Under the pieces are notes generated by a model. It saw only the letters and a list, made by a program, of their open reading frames with translations, was not told where the DNA came from and did no database searches. A program made the translations under genes and the position numbers. From Polyangiales bacterium (lineage in GTDB: Bacteria > Myxococcota_A > Polyangia > Polyangiales > Polyangiaceae), in NCBI GenBank assembly GCA_038230375.1, contig JBBRNJ010000132.1, forward strand, positions 1-15,408: a stretch of 15,408 nt of DNA. The letters run 5' to 3'. Below are positions 1 through 8,894 of the stretch, one piece after another (the stretch's first letter is position 1; each line of letters begins with the position of its first letter).

Positions 1-273
1 AACTATGCCAAGAAGATGAACGGCGCGCAGATCGGCATCGCGAACTTCTCGGAGGACGCGCGGGGCGTGCAGATCGGCCTCTTCAACCACGCAGAGCACC
101 TGCGGGGCGTACAGATCGGTCTCGTGAACCACGCAGAGGACGGCGTCCTTCCCTGGACGGGCATCCTCAACATGGGCTTCGGCGACGGAGACGGCGGCGG
201 CCCCGACCAGGACTACACGCAGCAGCAGAAGGCCGCGTCCGCAGAGATGAACCCCACGCGCCGCGTCTGGTGA
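1..273 (+). CDS. C-terminal part of a GxQIGxxN repeat protein (LA_2272-like surface repeat family), 5'-truncated by the window
   Basis: Frame is open from base 1 to TGA at 271-273. It contains three repeats (GAQIGIANFS, GVQIGLFNHA, GVQIGLVNHA) followed by LPWTGILNMGF, which is typical of this beta-repeat family. Confidence 0.7.
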   Translation, partial: NYAKKMNGAQIGIANFSEDARGVQIGLFNHAEHLRGVQIGLVNHAEDGVLPWTGILNMGFGDGDGGGPDQDYTQQQKAASAEMNPTRRVW

Positions 274-306
274 GCGTGTCTTTGGCTTCGCCCAAGGCGA
301 TGCCGT

Positions 307-1047
307 TCAGAGGCCGCCGTTGACGGGGATGGTCTTGGCGGTGAGAAAATCGCTGTCGAGCGCCACGAAGGCCACGACCTTCGCGACCTCCTCTGCCTTC
401 CCTCTTCGACCGAGCGCGCTGAACGAGGCGAAGTCCTTCGACATGGAGTCGGAGAGAGCGCCGCTCATGCCGCCCTCGAGAAGCCCCACGCTCACGGTGT
501 TCACGCGCACGTTCGTGTGGCCAAGCTCCTTCGCCAGCGCCATCGCGAGCGCGCACTTCGCGCCCTCACCCGCGGCGAAGTGCGACGGCAGCGGCAGGCT
601 CTGCGCTGCGTCCAGGGCGCCGATGAGCACCACGTCCACGCGGGGCTCATTATTGGCAGGCTTGCCAATATCGCCAGCCGCGGCCGCCGCGCGGAGTCGC
701 ATCAGCTCCTGCACCGCGAGGAAGGGCGCGCGCACGGCCAGGTGCATCACGGTGTCGAAGCCGCTCGTCGTGACGTCCGCGACCGCCTCGCCCGCAAACT
801 GTCCCGCTGCGTGAACGATGATGTCGAGCGCGCCGCTCGCGCTCGCTGCTCCCACGACGGCCTTCACGGCGTCCGGAACCGTGAGGTCACAGCGCAGCGG
901 ATGGGCCCCCACGGCGGCCAGCGCGCTCACGGAGGCCTCGTTCCGCAGATAGGTGCACCATACATTCACATCACGGGCGCGCAGCTCGCGCACCACCGCG
1001 CCACCCACATACCCGGAGCCACCAAGGATCAATGCGCGTCTCTGCAC
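307..1047 (-). CDS. SDR-family (FabG-like) protein with degenerate catalytic motif
   Basis: Rossmann motif LILGGSGYVG, HAAG, ALAKELG, VRVNTVSVG and C-terminal VNGGL. The YxxxK position reads FAAGE. GTG start at 1047, with an in-frame TAA just upstream. Confidence 0.88.
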   Translation of the reverse strand: MQRRALILGGSGYVGGAVVRELRARDVNVWCTYLRNEASVSALAAVGAHPLRCDLTVPDAVKAVVGAASASGALDIIVHAAGQFAGEAVADVTTSGFDTVMHLAVRAPFLAVQELMRLRAAAAAGDIGKPANNEPRVDVVLIGALDAAQSLPLPSHFAAGEGAKCALAMALAKELGHTNVRVNTVSVGLLEGGMSGALSDSMSKDFASFSALGRRGKAEEVAKVVAFVALDSDFLTAKTIPVNGGL

Positions 1048-1234
1048 GACCGCAGCTTACAGGGGCGCCGCGAGATCGGGCTACGTACGAACGGCCAGGT
1101 AGCGCCGCTTCGGCAGGCGCAGGCGTTCGGCAACGTGGTTCTCACGCACGGACCTGGTCGGTAGAATTTTTCCGACGCGCGCAACGCCCTGTCACGATTC
1201 TTCGCATGGCGCGACGATTGCTAGTCGCGTCCTC

Positions 1235-2779
1235 GTGAACACCTCCGTGACCTTGCCCACCCCCGCAACTCCCTTCCATCCCGGCGAGACCGTTCGGCGC
1301 GGCTTCCTCGCCGGCCTGGCCTCCGCGGGCCCAGCAGCGATCCTGCTCGCGGTCTTCGTGCTGCCCTCCGTCGCGCTCCTGGTGCAGAGCGGCGTGGGCA
1401 GCAACCTGATGCTGGAGGTGCCCACGGACCTGGCTACGGCACTGCTCGCGCGCCACCTCCTCCTTCGCATGGGTCGCGATCGAGAGCCGCTTGCACACGC
1501 GCTCAAGAACGGCGTGCGCGATCTGTTCCGCGCGCTGCCGGCGATCATCGCGGCGGGCCTGGTGCAGGTGGCGCTGCTCGCGCTGCTCGTGATGGGCGTG
1601 CTCTGGATGGGCGGCTCGCTGCTCACGCTCGGCACGGGCGCGCTCTTCTCGCACGGCGATGCACCAACGCACGCCGCGGCCAGCGCAGGCATGGCCACCG
1701 GCGGTCTGGTCGTTGCGATCGCGGCAGGCGTTGGGCTCCTGGCAGCGAAGGCGCTGTTCTTCACGCTCGTGCCCATCATCGTCCTTGAACGCATTCCGTT
1801 CTTCGCGGCGGTGCGGCGGAGCGCGCGGCTCGTGAGGCGACGCTTCTCCGTGCTGTTCGGCGTCTTCATGGCGCTGGCCGCCGTGGACGCCATCACGGTC
1901 ACGTTCGAGTCGCTCGTTCCCGTGCTCTCCCCCGCGGGCGTCTTCCTGCGTGCGCTGATCCACGCTGGCGCCGTGGTCGCCACGTGGGTCTCCCTGCGTG
2001 AAGCCGGTGGCGAGGGCGATCTCTTCGACTTCGTGCGAGAGGTCGGCGGCACGCCGCACGGTGAGCAAGCCTACGTGGAGGCGCAGCGAACCGAGTGGGC
2101 CACCGCGCAGCTGGCGACACTCGATGCGAGCGGCGTCCCGTCGTATCGCGAGCCGGCGCCCCTGAGCGTGGCGGATGACGCGCTCCTGAACGCCGCACGC
2201 GCGCGGGAGCGGCGGATGAAGCGCGTTCGTCAGGGGGTCTTTGCGCTCGCTGGTGTGATGCTGTTCATCGGCGCGGTCTCCGCCGTGGCGAGCCGCGTGG
2301 GCGCTGCGCGAGAACGAAAGGACCTGCTCGCGACCCTGGGCAAAGCCGGCGCCGAGCGCGAAACAGACCTCGCCGTGGGCCGCGCGATGTCCCTCTATGG
2401 AGAGGATCTCTACGGCATGAAGGCAGGAGACGACGGCGACCTTGGAGGCACGATCCGCAATTTGCTCAGCGACGACGAGCACGCCATCAACGTGCTTCGC
2501 AAGGATCTCATCGCCATCGACTGCTCGGACGCCGCACAGACAGCGCTGGGCCGCCGCAGCGCAACGCAGTTCTTCGATACGTGCACGCCAGCGGAGGCGC
2601 TGCGCTTGAAATATGCACCCGCCAGCGGCGCCGCAATGCACGCGGACGCGCCGGGCCTCCGTGCAGAGCCGAAGCTCGCGAACGCGGTCGTCGCCACCGT
2701 CCTCGCGCACCGCGCCGAGAAACGGCACACGGACAGCGAGGACATGCACGCCGCCATCATCGGCGCGCTGTTGCGGTAG
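1235..2779 (+). CDS. Hypothetical multi-pass membrane protein with C-terminal soluble domain
   Basis: 514-aa ORF with GC3-rich codons. About 6 hydrophobic segments in the N-terminal half (including VPIIVLER...AAVRRSARLVR), one more TM segment (GVFALAGVMLFIGAV), then a soluble tail. Exact start uncertain. Confidence 0.7.
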   Translation: MNTSVTLPTPATPFHPGETVRRGFLAGLASAGPAAILLAVFVLPSVALLVQSGVGSNLMLEVPTDLATALLARHLLLRMGRDREPLAHALKNGVRDLFRALPAIIAAGLVQVALLALLVMGVLWMGGSLLTLGTGALFSHGDAPTHAAASAGMATGGLVVAIAAGVGLLAAKALFFTLVPIIVLERIPFFAAVRRSARLVRRRFSVLFGVFMALAAVDAITVTFESLVPVLSPAGVFLRALIHAGAVVATWVSLREAGGEGDLFDFVREVGGTPHGEQAYVEAQRTEWATAQLATLDASGVPSYREPAPLSVADDALLNAARARERRMKRVRQGVFALAGVMLFIGAVSAVASRVGAARERKDLLATLGKAGAERETDLAVGRAMSLYGEDLYGMKAGDDGDLGGTIRNLLSDDEHAINVLRKDLIAIDCSDAAQTALGRRSATQFFDTCTPAEALRLKYAPASGAAMHADAPGLRAEPKLANAVVATVLAHRAEKRHTDSEDMHAAIIGALLR

Positions 2780-2813
2780 CGGCGCTCGACGTTCGTCGGT
2801 ATGTTGCGTTGCC

Positions 2814-3950
2814 ATGAGCCTCACACGGTGGGTCTGGATCAAGGAGCAAAACGGGGCCTACGTGCTCGCCTTCACGTACTTCGATTCGCAGGCCGGGCCA
2901 TCAGCGAAGGGCGGCGTGGTCACGGACGTACCGGAATCGTGGGCCAACGCGGTGGAACATCCCGATCGTACTTTTCGTGATCCGAAGGCGTTCGGCGCAA
3001 CGCCGCTCACGGAAGAAGAAGCGAAGCGTCGTGGCCTGCCCGACGAGCCACCGTGGCTCTCGATCTTCACGGAGGGCGTGGCGCGTGTTGCTGCGGCTAC
3101 CGACGGGACGCGCATCACCGGCCGTGTGCTCCTCGATGGCGCTCCGACGAGCTTCGGTGTCGACGTTTCCCTGGGCATCCTCATGGGCAATGGCGACTTC
3201 CTCCCCGTGGACAAGTGCGCTCCCGATGGGGACGGCACGTTCAGCTTCGCCGCGCCCGCGAAGGGCGAGCACGCCTTGATCGCAGAGGGCGGAAGCCTCG
3301 GCTCCGCATACGCGCCCGCAACGGTGGGTGCTCCGATCACGCTGAACGTATTCCGCGTGGCCACGCTGAATGGCCGCGTGCAGCGGAACGGAAAGGGCGA
3401 GCGAGCCCAGGTGCAGCTGAAGCCGAAGGGGCATGTCGCCCGCCAGCGCCTCACACGCGCGGATCGCGAAGGCGCGTTCTCCGTCACGGGGCTCACGCCT
3501 GGGCGCTACTCGGTGGAGGTCATGGGCCTTGACCGCGGGGGCATGATCAACGGCACGCCAACGACCGACGAGCTCGAGCTCGCGACCGCGGAGATCGCAG
3601 AACGAACGTACACGCTAGTCTCCGGAGTGGCCGTTCGCGTCACCGTGGAGACGCACAAGGCGGACAACAGCGAGAACGCGCACGTGTACCTGCTGACTGG
3701 CACGGTCACACCGCAGTGCCACGGCGACGTGCGCCCGCTCTTCCGCACGCCGGCGCTTCGAAGCGCGAACAGTCTGTCGCGCAAGGGCGGCATCGTGTCG
3801 ACCCAGTTCCTGGACGTGGCGCCGGGACCGTACACGCTCGTGAGCCTGCCCGACCGCTTCGGTCAGACGACGGACCAGACACCCGTGGTGTTCGTTCACT
3901 TCGAGGTGGGCGGAGCGGACCAGGACGTGAAGCTTTCGCTACCGCGCTGA
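2814..3950 (+). CDS. Protein with carboxypeptidase-regulatory-like (beta-sandwich) repeats and an unknown N-terminal domain
   Basis: ATG at 2814 (MSLTRWVW...). Motifs ITGRVLLDGAP, DGDGTFSF, LNGRVQRNG, ADREGAFSVTGLTPGRYSVEV and FLDVAPGPYTLV are typical of CarboxypepD_reg-like repeats. Confidence 0.72.
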   Translation: MSLTRWVWIKEQNGAYVLAFTYFDSQAGPSAKGGVVTDVPESWANAVEHPDRTFRDPKAFGATPLTEEEAKRRGLPDEPPWLSIFTEGVARVAAATDGTRITGRVLLDGAPTSFGVDVSLGILMGNGDFLPVDKCAPDGDGTFSFAAPAKGEHALIAEGGSLGSAYAPATVGAPITLNVFRVATLNGRVQRNGKGERAQVQLKPKGHVARQRLTRADREGAFSVTGLTPGRYSVEVMGLDRGGMINGTPTTDELELATAEIAERTYTLVSGVAVRVTVETHKADNSENAHVYLLTGTVTPQCHGDVRPLFRTPALRSANSLSRKGGIVSTQFLDVAPGPYTLVSLPDRFGQTTDQTPVVFVHFEVGGADQDVKLSLPR

Positions 3951-4008
3951 GCACCGCGTCGGGTATCACGAAGCGCGTCGCGTCGGTCACGGGGGCGCGC
4001 GCGCGTCG

Positions 4009-5178
4009 CTACTTCATCAGGTGCATGTCGAAGAACGCGATGAGCCCGTCGTTGCCGGACTGGCTCTGCGCGGTGGCGTACGCGACCTTGTCGATGGAGG
4101 TCGGCGACGTGGAAAAATCGCGGATCTGAGGGTTCACCGGGTAGAGCGCGGGCACCGTCTCACAGTGGTAGGGCTCGATGTTACCGACGAGCGTGTCCCA
4201 TGCCGTGTCGGAGCGGTGCCAGTCCACCGAGTTGTCGGAGATGTACGCCTTCACGCGCGGCTCGATACGCACCGTCAGATCGGATGCGCTGGACCCGCCC
4301 GAGTGGCCGATCAGGCCAAGGCGCGCGGCGTCGACGCTCTTGTCCTTCCCCGCGAGGAAGCGGAGGTACTTGAGGCCGAGCAGCGTCTCGTACACGCGCA
4401 TGCCGACAAGCGTGAAGCCGGCGCGGAGAAGATCGATCGTGATCTGATGCTCCGCCGCGTCGATCGCCATCGCGCGCATCGTGAGCATGAGGATGGCGTA
4501 GCCGCGTCCGGGAAAATCCTTGCCGTGGTAGCTGTCGCGGTAGATCTCCGCGTCGTCAGGGTGACCGTGGATCGCGACCACCGTGGGGAACGGGCCGGAC
4601 CCCGCCGGCATGAGCAAGACACCCTTGAACGTGCCGACCCAAGGATCCACGAACACGAGGTCATGCTCGACCATTCCGTTCGCGGTGGTGACGGCGGTGG
4701 TCTTCACCTCCAGCTTGCGAGCGTCGATGCCGTTCACGAGGAACTCGATGTTGGCCCCGAGAAGGATGCGGCCCGCGAGCTCCGCCTGCGAGAGCTTCTT
4801 CGTCTCCAGCGGCACGGCACCGTCATCCAGAGCCTTCACCTGCGCGTCCAGCGCGGCCTGCGAGATCGGATGCCCGTACATGGGCCCAGCCTTCAGGATG
4901 AACGCCTCATAGTCGGCGGTGCACGTTGCGCGGTCAGAGCAAGACCAGTCAGCCTTCGGATCGTTCGTCTCCACCACGTTGATCGCGGACGCCGAAGCGC
5001 CGGGGTTGACCACCGCCCCAGCGTCGATTGCGCCAACAGACGGCGACGGCTTGGCGACGCCTGCATCGCAAGCCTGAGAGCAAGCCGCATCCACGCCGCC
5101 TGACTGCGACGGCACGTCGGCCGCGCCACAACCCAACATCACGAGCGAGAGCGAAATCACGGCCAGTCGACGCTTCAC
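4009..5178 (-). CDS. Lipoprotein alpha/beta hydrolase (esterase / dienelactone hydrolase-like)
   Basis: Signal peptide MKRRLAVISLSLVMLGC with lipobox, PFPTVVAIHGH, and nucleophile elbow VDAARLGLIGHSGG. Confidence 0.8.
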   Translation of the reverse strand: MKRRLAVISLSLVMLGCGAADVPSQSGGVDAACSQACDAGVAKPSPSVGAIDAGAVVNPGASASAINVVETNDPKADWSCSDRATCTADYEAFILKAGPMYGHPISQAALDAQVKALDDGAVPLETKKLSQAELAGRILLGANIEFLVNGIDARKLEVKTTAVTTANGMVEHDLVFVDPWVGTFKGVLLMPAGSGPFPTVVAIHGHPDDAEIYRDSYHGKDFPGRGYAILMLTMRAMAIDAAEHQITIDLLRAGFTLVGMRVYETLLGLKYLRFLAGKDKSVDAARLGLIGHSGGSSASDLTVRIEPRVKAYISDNSVDWHRSDTAWDTLVGNIEPYHCETVPALYPVNPQIRDFSTSPTSIDKVAYATAQSQSGNDGLIAFFDMHLMK

Positions 5179-5224
5179 GGAGCGAAGACTGCCATTTTGC
5201 CCACACAGTGCAAATACTTTCGCA

Positions 5225-5305
5225 TCGACCCCGACTTCGACTTCGACTTCGACTTCGACCTCGACCTCGACCTCGACCTCGACCCCGACCTCGACCTCGA
5301 CCTCG
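5225..5305. repeat. Hexamer tandem repeat (YCGACY) x13.5
   Basis: Units read directly: tcgacc, ccgact, tcgact x3, tcgacc x5, ccgacc, tcgacc x2, tcg. The tract abuts the SDR stop codon at 5306. Confidence 0.95.
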
Positions 5306-6070
5306 TCAGAGTCCGCCGTCCACCGTGAGCTTCACGCCCGTCATGAACGACGCAGCGTCGCTCGCCAGGAAGACACACGCGCGCGCGAGCTCCTCCACGG
5401 TGCCCGTTCGGCCAAGCGCGGCCTGAGCGCGGTACTCGTTCAGACGGTGTGGCAACAGCGTCTTTCCCAGGCCCGTGTCCAGCAGGCCGGGCGCGACGAG
5501 GTTCACGCGGATGCCGTGTCGTCCCACCTCCTTCGCGAGCGCCTCCGTGAAGCCGCGCAGGGCTGCCTTTGCGGTCGCGTAGTGCACGGGCGACTCGATC
5601 ACGCGCCCACTGGCAAAGTTGCCAATAGAGAGGATCACGCCTGATTTCTGCCGGATCATCGATTTCAGCGCGGCGCGCGAGAACAGGTAGCTGCCCTTCA
5701 CGTGGGAGTCGATCACCTGGTCCCATTCGCCCTCGTCGATCATCGCGATGGGCAATACCTCCGTCACCCCCGCGTTGTTGACGAGCACGTCGATGCCACC
5801 CCAGGCCGTTCCGATCTCCGCGAGCACCGCCTTCGCATGCGCGCCGTCCGAGACGTTGCCCTGGAACGCGAGCACGCGCCTTCCCTCCCCGGCGATCAGG
5901 CGCTCCGTCTCGGCCGCCGCATCCTTCCGCGCGCGGTACGTGAACGCGACATCCGCGCCCTCCTTCGCGAACGCCACCGCGATCGCTCGCCCAAGCCCGC
6001 GCGAAGCCCCGGTCACCAGGCACCGCTTGCCAGCAAGAGACGCGACCCGGGACAGCGATGGGGCCGTCAC
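5306..6070 (-). CDS. 3-oxoacyl-ACP reductase-like SDR (FabG-like)
   Basis: TGASRGLG, LVNNAG, intact HYATAK (YxxxK), IRVNLVAPG, FMTG..VDGGL. The GTG at 6070 overlaps the upstream radical SAM stop (GTGA). Confidence 0.9.
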   Translation of the reverse strand: MTAPSLSRVASLAGKRCLVTGASRGLGRAIAVAFAKEGADVAFTYRARKDAAAETERLIAGEGRRVLAFQGNVSDGAHAKAVLAEIGTAWGGIDVLVNNAGVTEVLPIAMIDEGEWDQVIDSHVKGSYLFSRAALKSMIRQKSGVILSIGNFASGRVIESPVHYATAKAALRGFTEALAKEVGRHGIRVNLVAPGLLDTGLGKTLLPHRLNEYRAQAALGRTGTVEELARACVFLASDAASFMTGVKLTVDGGL

Positions 6071-7584
6071 GACTGACCCGCGATCGGCAGCCGGAGGCGA
6101 CCGTCGCCTGCACGTGCGACGGAAGTGGGTACGGAAGGCTCGCGCTCGAACACGCGGCCGCGGTCGCGGTCGCCCCAGGTGCGCGGCTCCGTCATGAAGC
6201 GCTCTTCCTTGTCGCGGTAGAGCACGTTGTACGCGCACACCGGGATCTGCGTGCCGTCGGCGTAGCAGTTCGCGTCGCAGCAGGCGGCAAGGCGCTCCGT
6301 GTCGAAGTTCTCAGCGTCCATGTGCGAGTGCACGTAGATGGCGCGCGTGCTCTTCTCCGCAGCGCGCAAGGCGTCCTCTGCGGATACCTCATGGTCCTTC
6401 GGGAACAGCGCGGCGAGCTGCTTCTTCAGCAGGCCCAGCGCGCGCTCGCTCTCTGCGTCTTCCTTCGCGTAGAGCTCCATGATGGCGCCCTTCATCGCCT
6501 CTTCCAGCCGCGCGGACGGCTCCAGATACAGGCGCTCGCCAAGGCACGCGCGCAGCGTCTCGCGCGACAGAAAGCGCGTGTACGGAATGGGCGCGCCGCC
6601 AAGGTCGTCCATGAGCAGGTACGCCACCTGGTAGCAGAGCGCGTGCGCGCACGGCGTACTGACGAAGTCCGCGCGCGTGAGGAGGCCGTTCGTCTGCGCG
6701 GTGATGGCGTCCAGCACCTCCACCATGGTGATACGACCCGAGCGATCGAAGCTGCCGCCGTTCTGCCCCGTATACGTCATGGTGTGGAGCTCCAGATGAC
6801 GAATGGACGGATGCGCGAGCGCGTAGTCAATGAGCGCACCGAGCTCGTGGTCGTTGTAGCCCTTCGTGACCACCGGGATGAGCGTGACGTCCATCCCGAG
6901 CTCGTCGCAGAGGTCCACGGCAGCAAGTTTCACGGGCAGCATGCGCGCGCCCTGCATCGCCAGGTCCGCGCGCTCGTTGAAGGTGTCGAATGAGAGCGCG
7001 ATGCGAGCGCCGCGCGCCGCAAGGGCCTCCGCGAAGGCGCGATCGCGGACCAGCTTGATGCCGTTGGAGCAGACGGTGACGCGACGCACGCCCGCTTCCT
7101 TCGCGATGTCGAGCATGGCGAGCAGGTCGGGGTGCAGCATGGGCTCGCCGCCAGTGAGATTCACGATGTCCGCGCCGCCCAGATCCGACAGGAGCGCCGC
7201 AAGCGCGCTCCGGTAGTCGGGCAGCGACATGTGATACGCGCCGTCGTTCTTGTTGTGCACGTAGCAGATGGGGCAATCCAGGTTGCATGCGCTGGTGATC
7301 GTGAGCACCGGCAACCGGGTGGCCACCTGGTGCGCCGTGCAGGTGCCGCAGTCGAACGGGCATCCCTCCAAAACCTCTCGCGGCGACCGCGCCGGCCTCA
7401 CGTAGTCGCGTGGCGCCTCACGCGTCTCCTGGTACCAGCGCGCGTCCGTGGAGATCCGCGCGCGCTGAGGTCCATGCACACTGCACTCTTTTTCGAGGAA
7501 CACCTCGCCACCGTCCTCGACGACGCGCGCCGCCACCGACGCGTGGCATTCGTTGCACAGGCTGGTCGTCTGGTACGGGAACAT
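6067..7584 (-). CDS. Radical SAM enzyme, tetraether synthase (Tes/GDGT-MAS/MJ0619)-like family
   Basis: N-terminal CNEC...KECSVHG, then GCPFDCGTCTAH, SAM motif CNLDCPIC, NLTGGEP, PCAHALC, and C-terminal MDAENFDTERLAACC...DGTQIPVCAYN. ATG at 7584 is coupled to the upstream stop (TGATG). 505 aa. Confidence 0.85.
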   Translation of the reverse strand: MFPYQTTSLCNECHASVAARVVEDGGEVFLEKECSVHGPQRARISTDARWYQETREAPRDYVRPARSPREVLEGCPFDCGTCTAHQVATRLPVLTITSACNLDCPICYVHNKNDGAYHMSLPDYRSALAALLSDLGGADIVNLTGGEPMLHPDLLAMLDIAKEAGVRRVTVCSNGIKLVRDRAFAEALAARGARIALSFDTFNERADLAMQGARMLPVKLAAVDLCDELGMDVTLIPVVTKGYNDHELGALIDYALAHPSIRHLELHTMTYTGQNGGSFDRSGRITMVEVLDAITAQTNGLLTRADFVSTPCAHALCYQVAYLLMDDLGGAPIPYTRFLSRETLRACLGERLYLEPSARLEEAMKGAIMELYAKEDAESERALGLLKKQLAALFPKDHEVSAEDALRAAEKSTRAIYVHSHMDAENFDTERLAACCDANCYADGTQIPVCAYNVLYRDKEERFMTEPRTWGDRDRGRVFEREPSVPTSVARAGDGRLRLPIAGQS

Positions 7585-8894
7585 CAGGACACCCACTCCG
7601 CAATCTCGGCGAGCTCGGTCGTGACGGCGGCCACGAACCGGTCGATCGTCGCGTGATCCACGTCGAGTCGCGGCTGGATGCGGAGCACGCTCCAGTCGTG
7701 GCCACACGCGAACGTGAAGAACCCGTGCTTGTAGAGCCGGTACGCGAGCACGGGCGCGATCGTCGCGCGGTCCTTCAACTTCGGAAGGCCCCAGTGCTCG
7801 AACGAGAGCCACGGATGCTCCGGCTGCGCGAGCGAGAGCCCCACGAGCAGGCCGCGCCCCCTCACCTCGCGAAACAGCGGATTGCCCGCGAGCGCATCGC
7901 GCAGGCCCGCGGACAGGCGCTCCCCGGAGGCGCGCACTCCGAGCAGGAGCGCCTCGTCCAGCATCGCGATCGTCGCGAGCGCGGCGACTGCGGACACGCC
8001 GTTCTGGCCCATGGTCACGTTGTGTGACTCGCCGTCCTCGAAGTCCTCGCCATACGCCGCCGAGAAGTGCGCGTCCGTCGTGAGCATCGCGCTCACGGGC
8101 ATGAGCCCGCCACCGAGCTGCTTGCCAAGGACCACTGCGTCAGGTCTCCGCGACCAGGTCTCGCTCATGACGAAGCGCCCTGCGCGGCCGAGCCCGCTCT
8201 GCACCTCGTCCGCCACGAGCAGCACGCCGTGCTTCTTCGTGAGCTCGCATGCCGCGGCGACGAACGCGTCCGGAATCACGCGCACGCCGCCCTCGCCCTG
8301 GATCGGCTCGAGCACGAGCGCGGCGACGTCACCCTGCGCAAGCTCACGCCCCAGCGCATCCACGTCACCGACGCGCACGCGCAAAACGCCAGGCAGGTGC
8401 GGCCCGAACGGATCGTGAAAAGGTCCATCGTGCATGAGCGCCATGCTGCCCATTCCGCAGCCGTGGTACGCGTGGTCCAGCCCCAAGATGCGCGGCCTTC
8501 CCGTCGCGGCGCGCGCGAGCTTCATCGCGGCCTCCACGGCCTCGCTGCCGGTGCATGCAAGATACACGCGATTGTACGCGCCACCCGTGCGCTCCGACAG
8601 GCGACGCGCGAGCCGCCCGGTGAACGGATTCACGCGCGACGGAAACCAGTTCGGCGCGTCGGACGCCAGGTATTCGCTGACCGCGCGCGAGACCTCCAGG
8701 CGTCTGTGCCCGAACGCCTGCACGCCGTGGAAGTCCTCGAAGACCGCGCCGTCGGCGCCTACCAGCCGCCCGTCCTTCACGTGGTGGAAATCCACGGGCT
8801 CGCGCGACAGCGCCGCGCGGCTCGCGACCAGCGGGTTCACCAGCTCGCGGTACTCCGCGAAGCCGTTCGCGAGGATGTCCGACAGCTCTTCCAC
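7584..8894 (-). CDS. Class-III PLP-dependent aminotransferase
   Basis: TGSEAVEAAMKLAR, AYHG, LEPIQGEGG, ADEVQSGLGRAG, LGKQLGGG (PLP lysine), EVRGRGLL, VLRIQP. Confidence 0.92.
   Translation of the reverse strand: MEELSDILANGFAEYRELVNPLVASRAALSREPVDFHHVKDGRLVGADGAVFEDFHGVQAFGHRRLEVSRAVSEYLASDAPNWFPSRVNPFTGRLARRLSERTGGAYNRVYLACTGSEAVEAAMKLARAATGRPRILGLDHAYHGCGMGSMALMHDGPFHDPFGPHLPGVLRVRVGDVDALGRELAQGDVAALVLEPIQGEGGVRVIPDAFVAAACELTKKHGVLLVADEVQSGLGRAGRFVMSETWSRRPDAVVLGKQLGGGLMPVSAMLTTDAHFSAAYGEDFEDGESHNVTMGQNGVSAVAALATIAMLDEALLLGVRASGERLSAGLRDALAGNPLFREVRGRGLLVGLSLAQPEHPWLSFEHWGLPKLKDRATIAPVLAYRLYKHGFFTFACGHDWSVLRIQPRLDVDHATIDRFVAAVTTELAEIAEWVS

Noticed and set aside
287..299. Terminator hairpin TCGCC-CAA-GGCGA between convergent genes
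   Set aside because: Only a 5-bp stem and no U-tract, too weak to call.
1142..2842. 566-aa minus-strand ORF and other long antisense or alternate-frame ORFs (e.g. 8434-9960+, 4021-5103+, 5175-6113-)
   Set aside because: Arg/Ala/His-rich shadow frames of real genes in high-GC DNA, with no recognisable motifs.
4009..5178. Lipoprotein hydrolase as part of the biosynthetic operon
   Set aside because: It is co-oriented but separated by the repeat tract and a 127-bp gap, and it is exported. Nothing in the sequence supports functional linkage.
5225..5305. CRISPR array
   Set aside because: It is a 6-bp simple tandem repeat with no spacers, and there are no cas genes in the window.
7585..7812. N-terminal extension of the radical SAM ORF in the ORF track (likewise 12123-12968, 13772-14065, 13900-14532, 6071-6238, 9783-10694, 10668-10964, 2613-2813)
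   Set aside because: These extensions overlap neighbouring genes. Coupled TGATG/GTGA junctions or domain boundaries give better starts.
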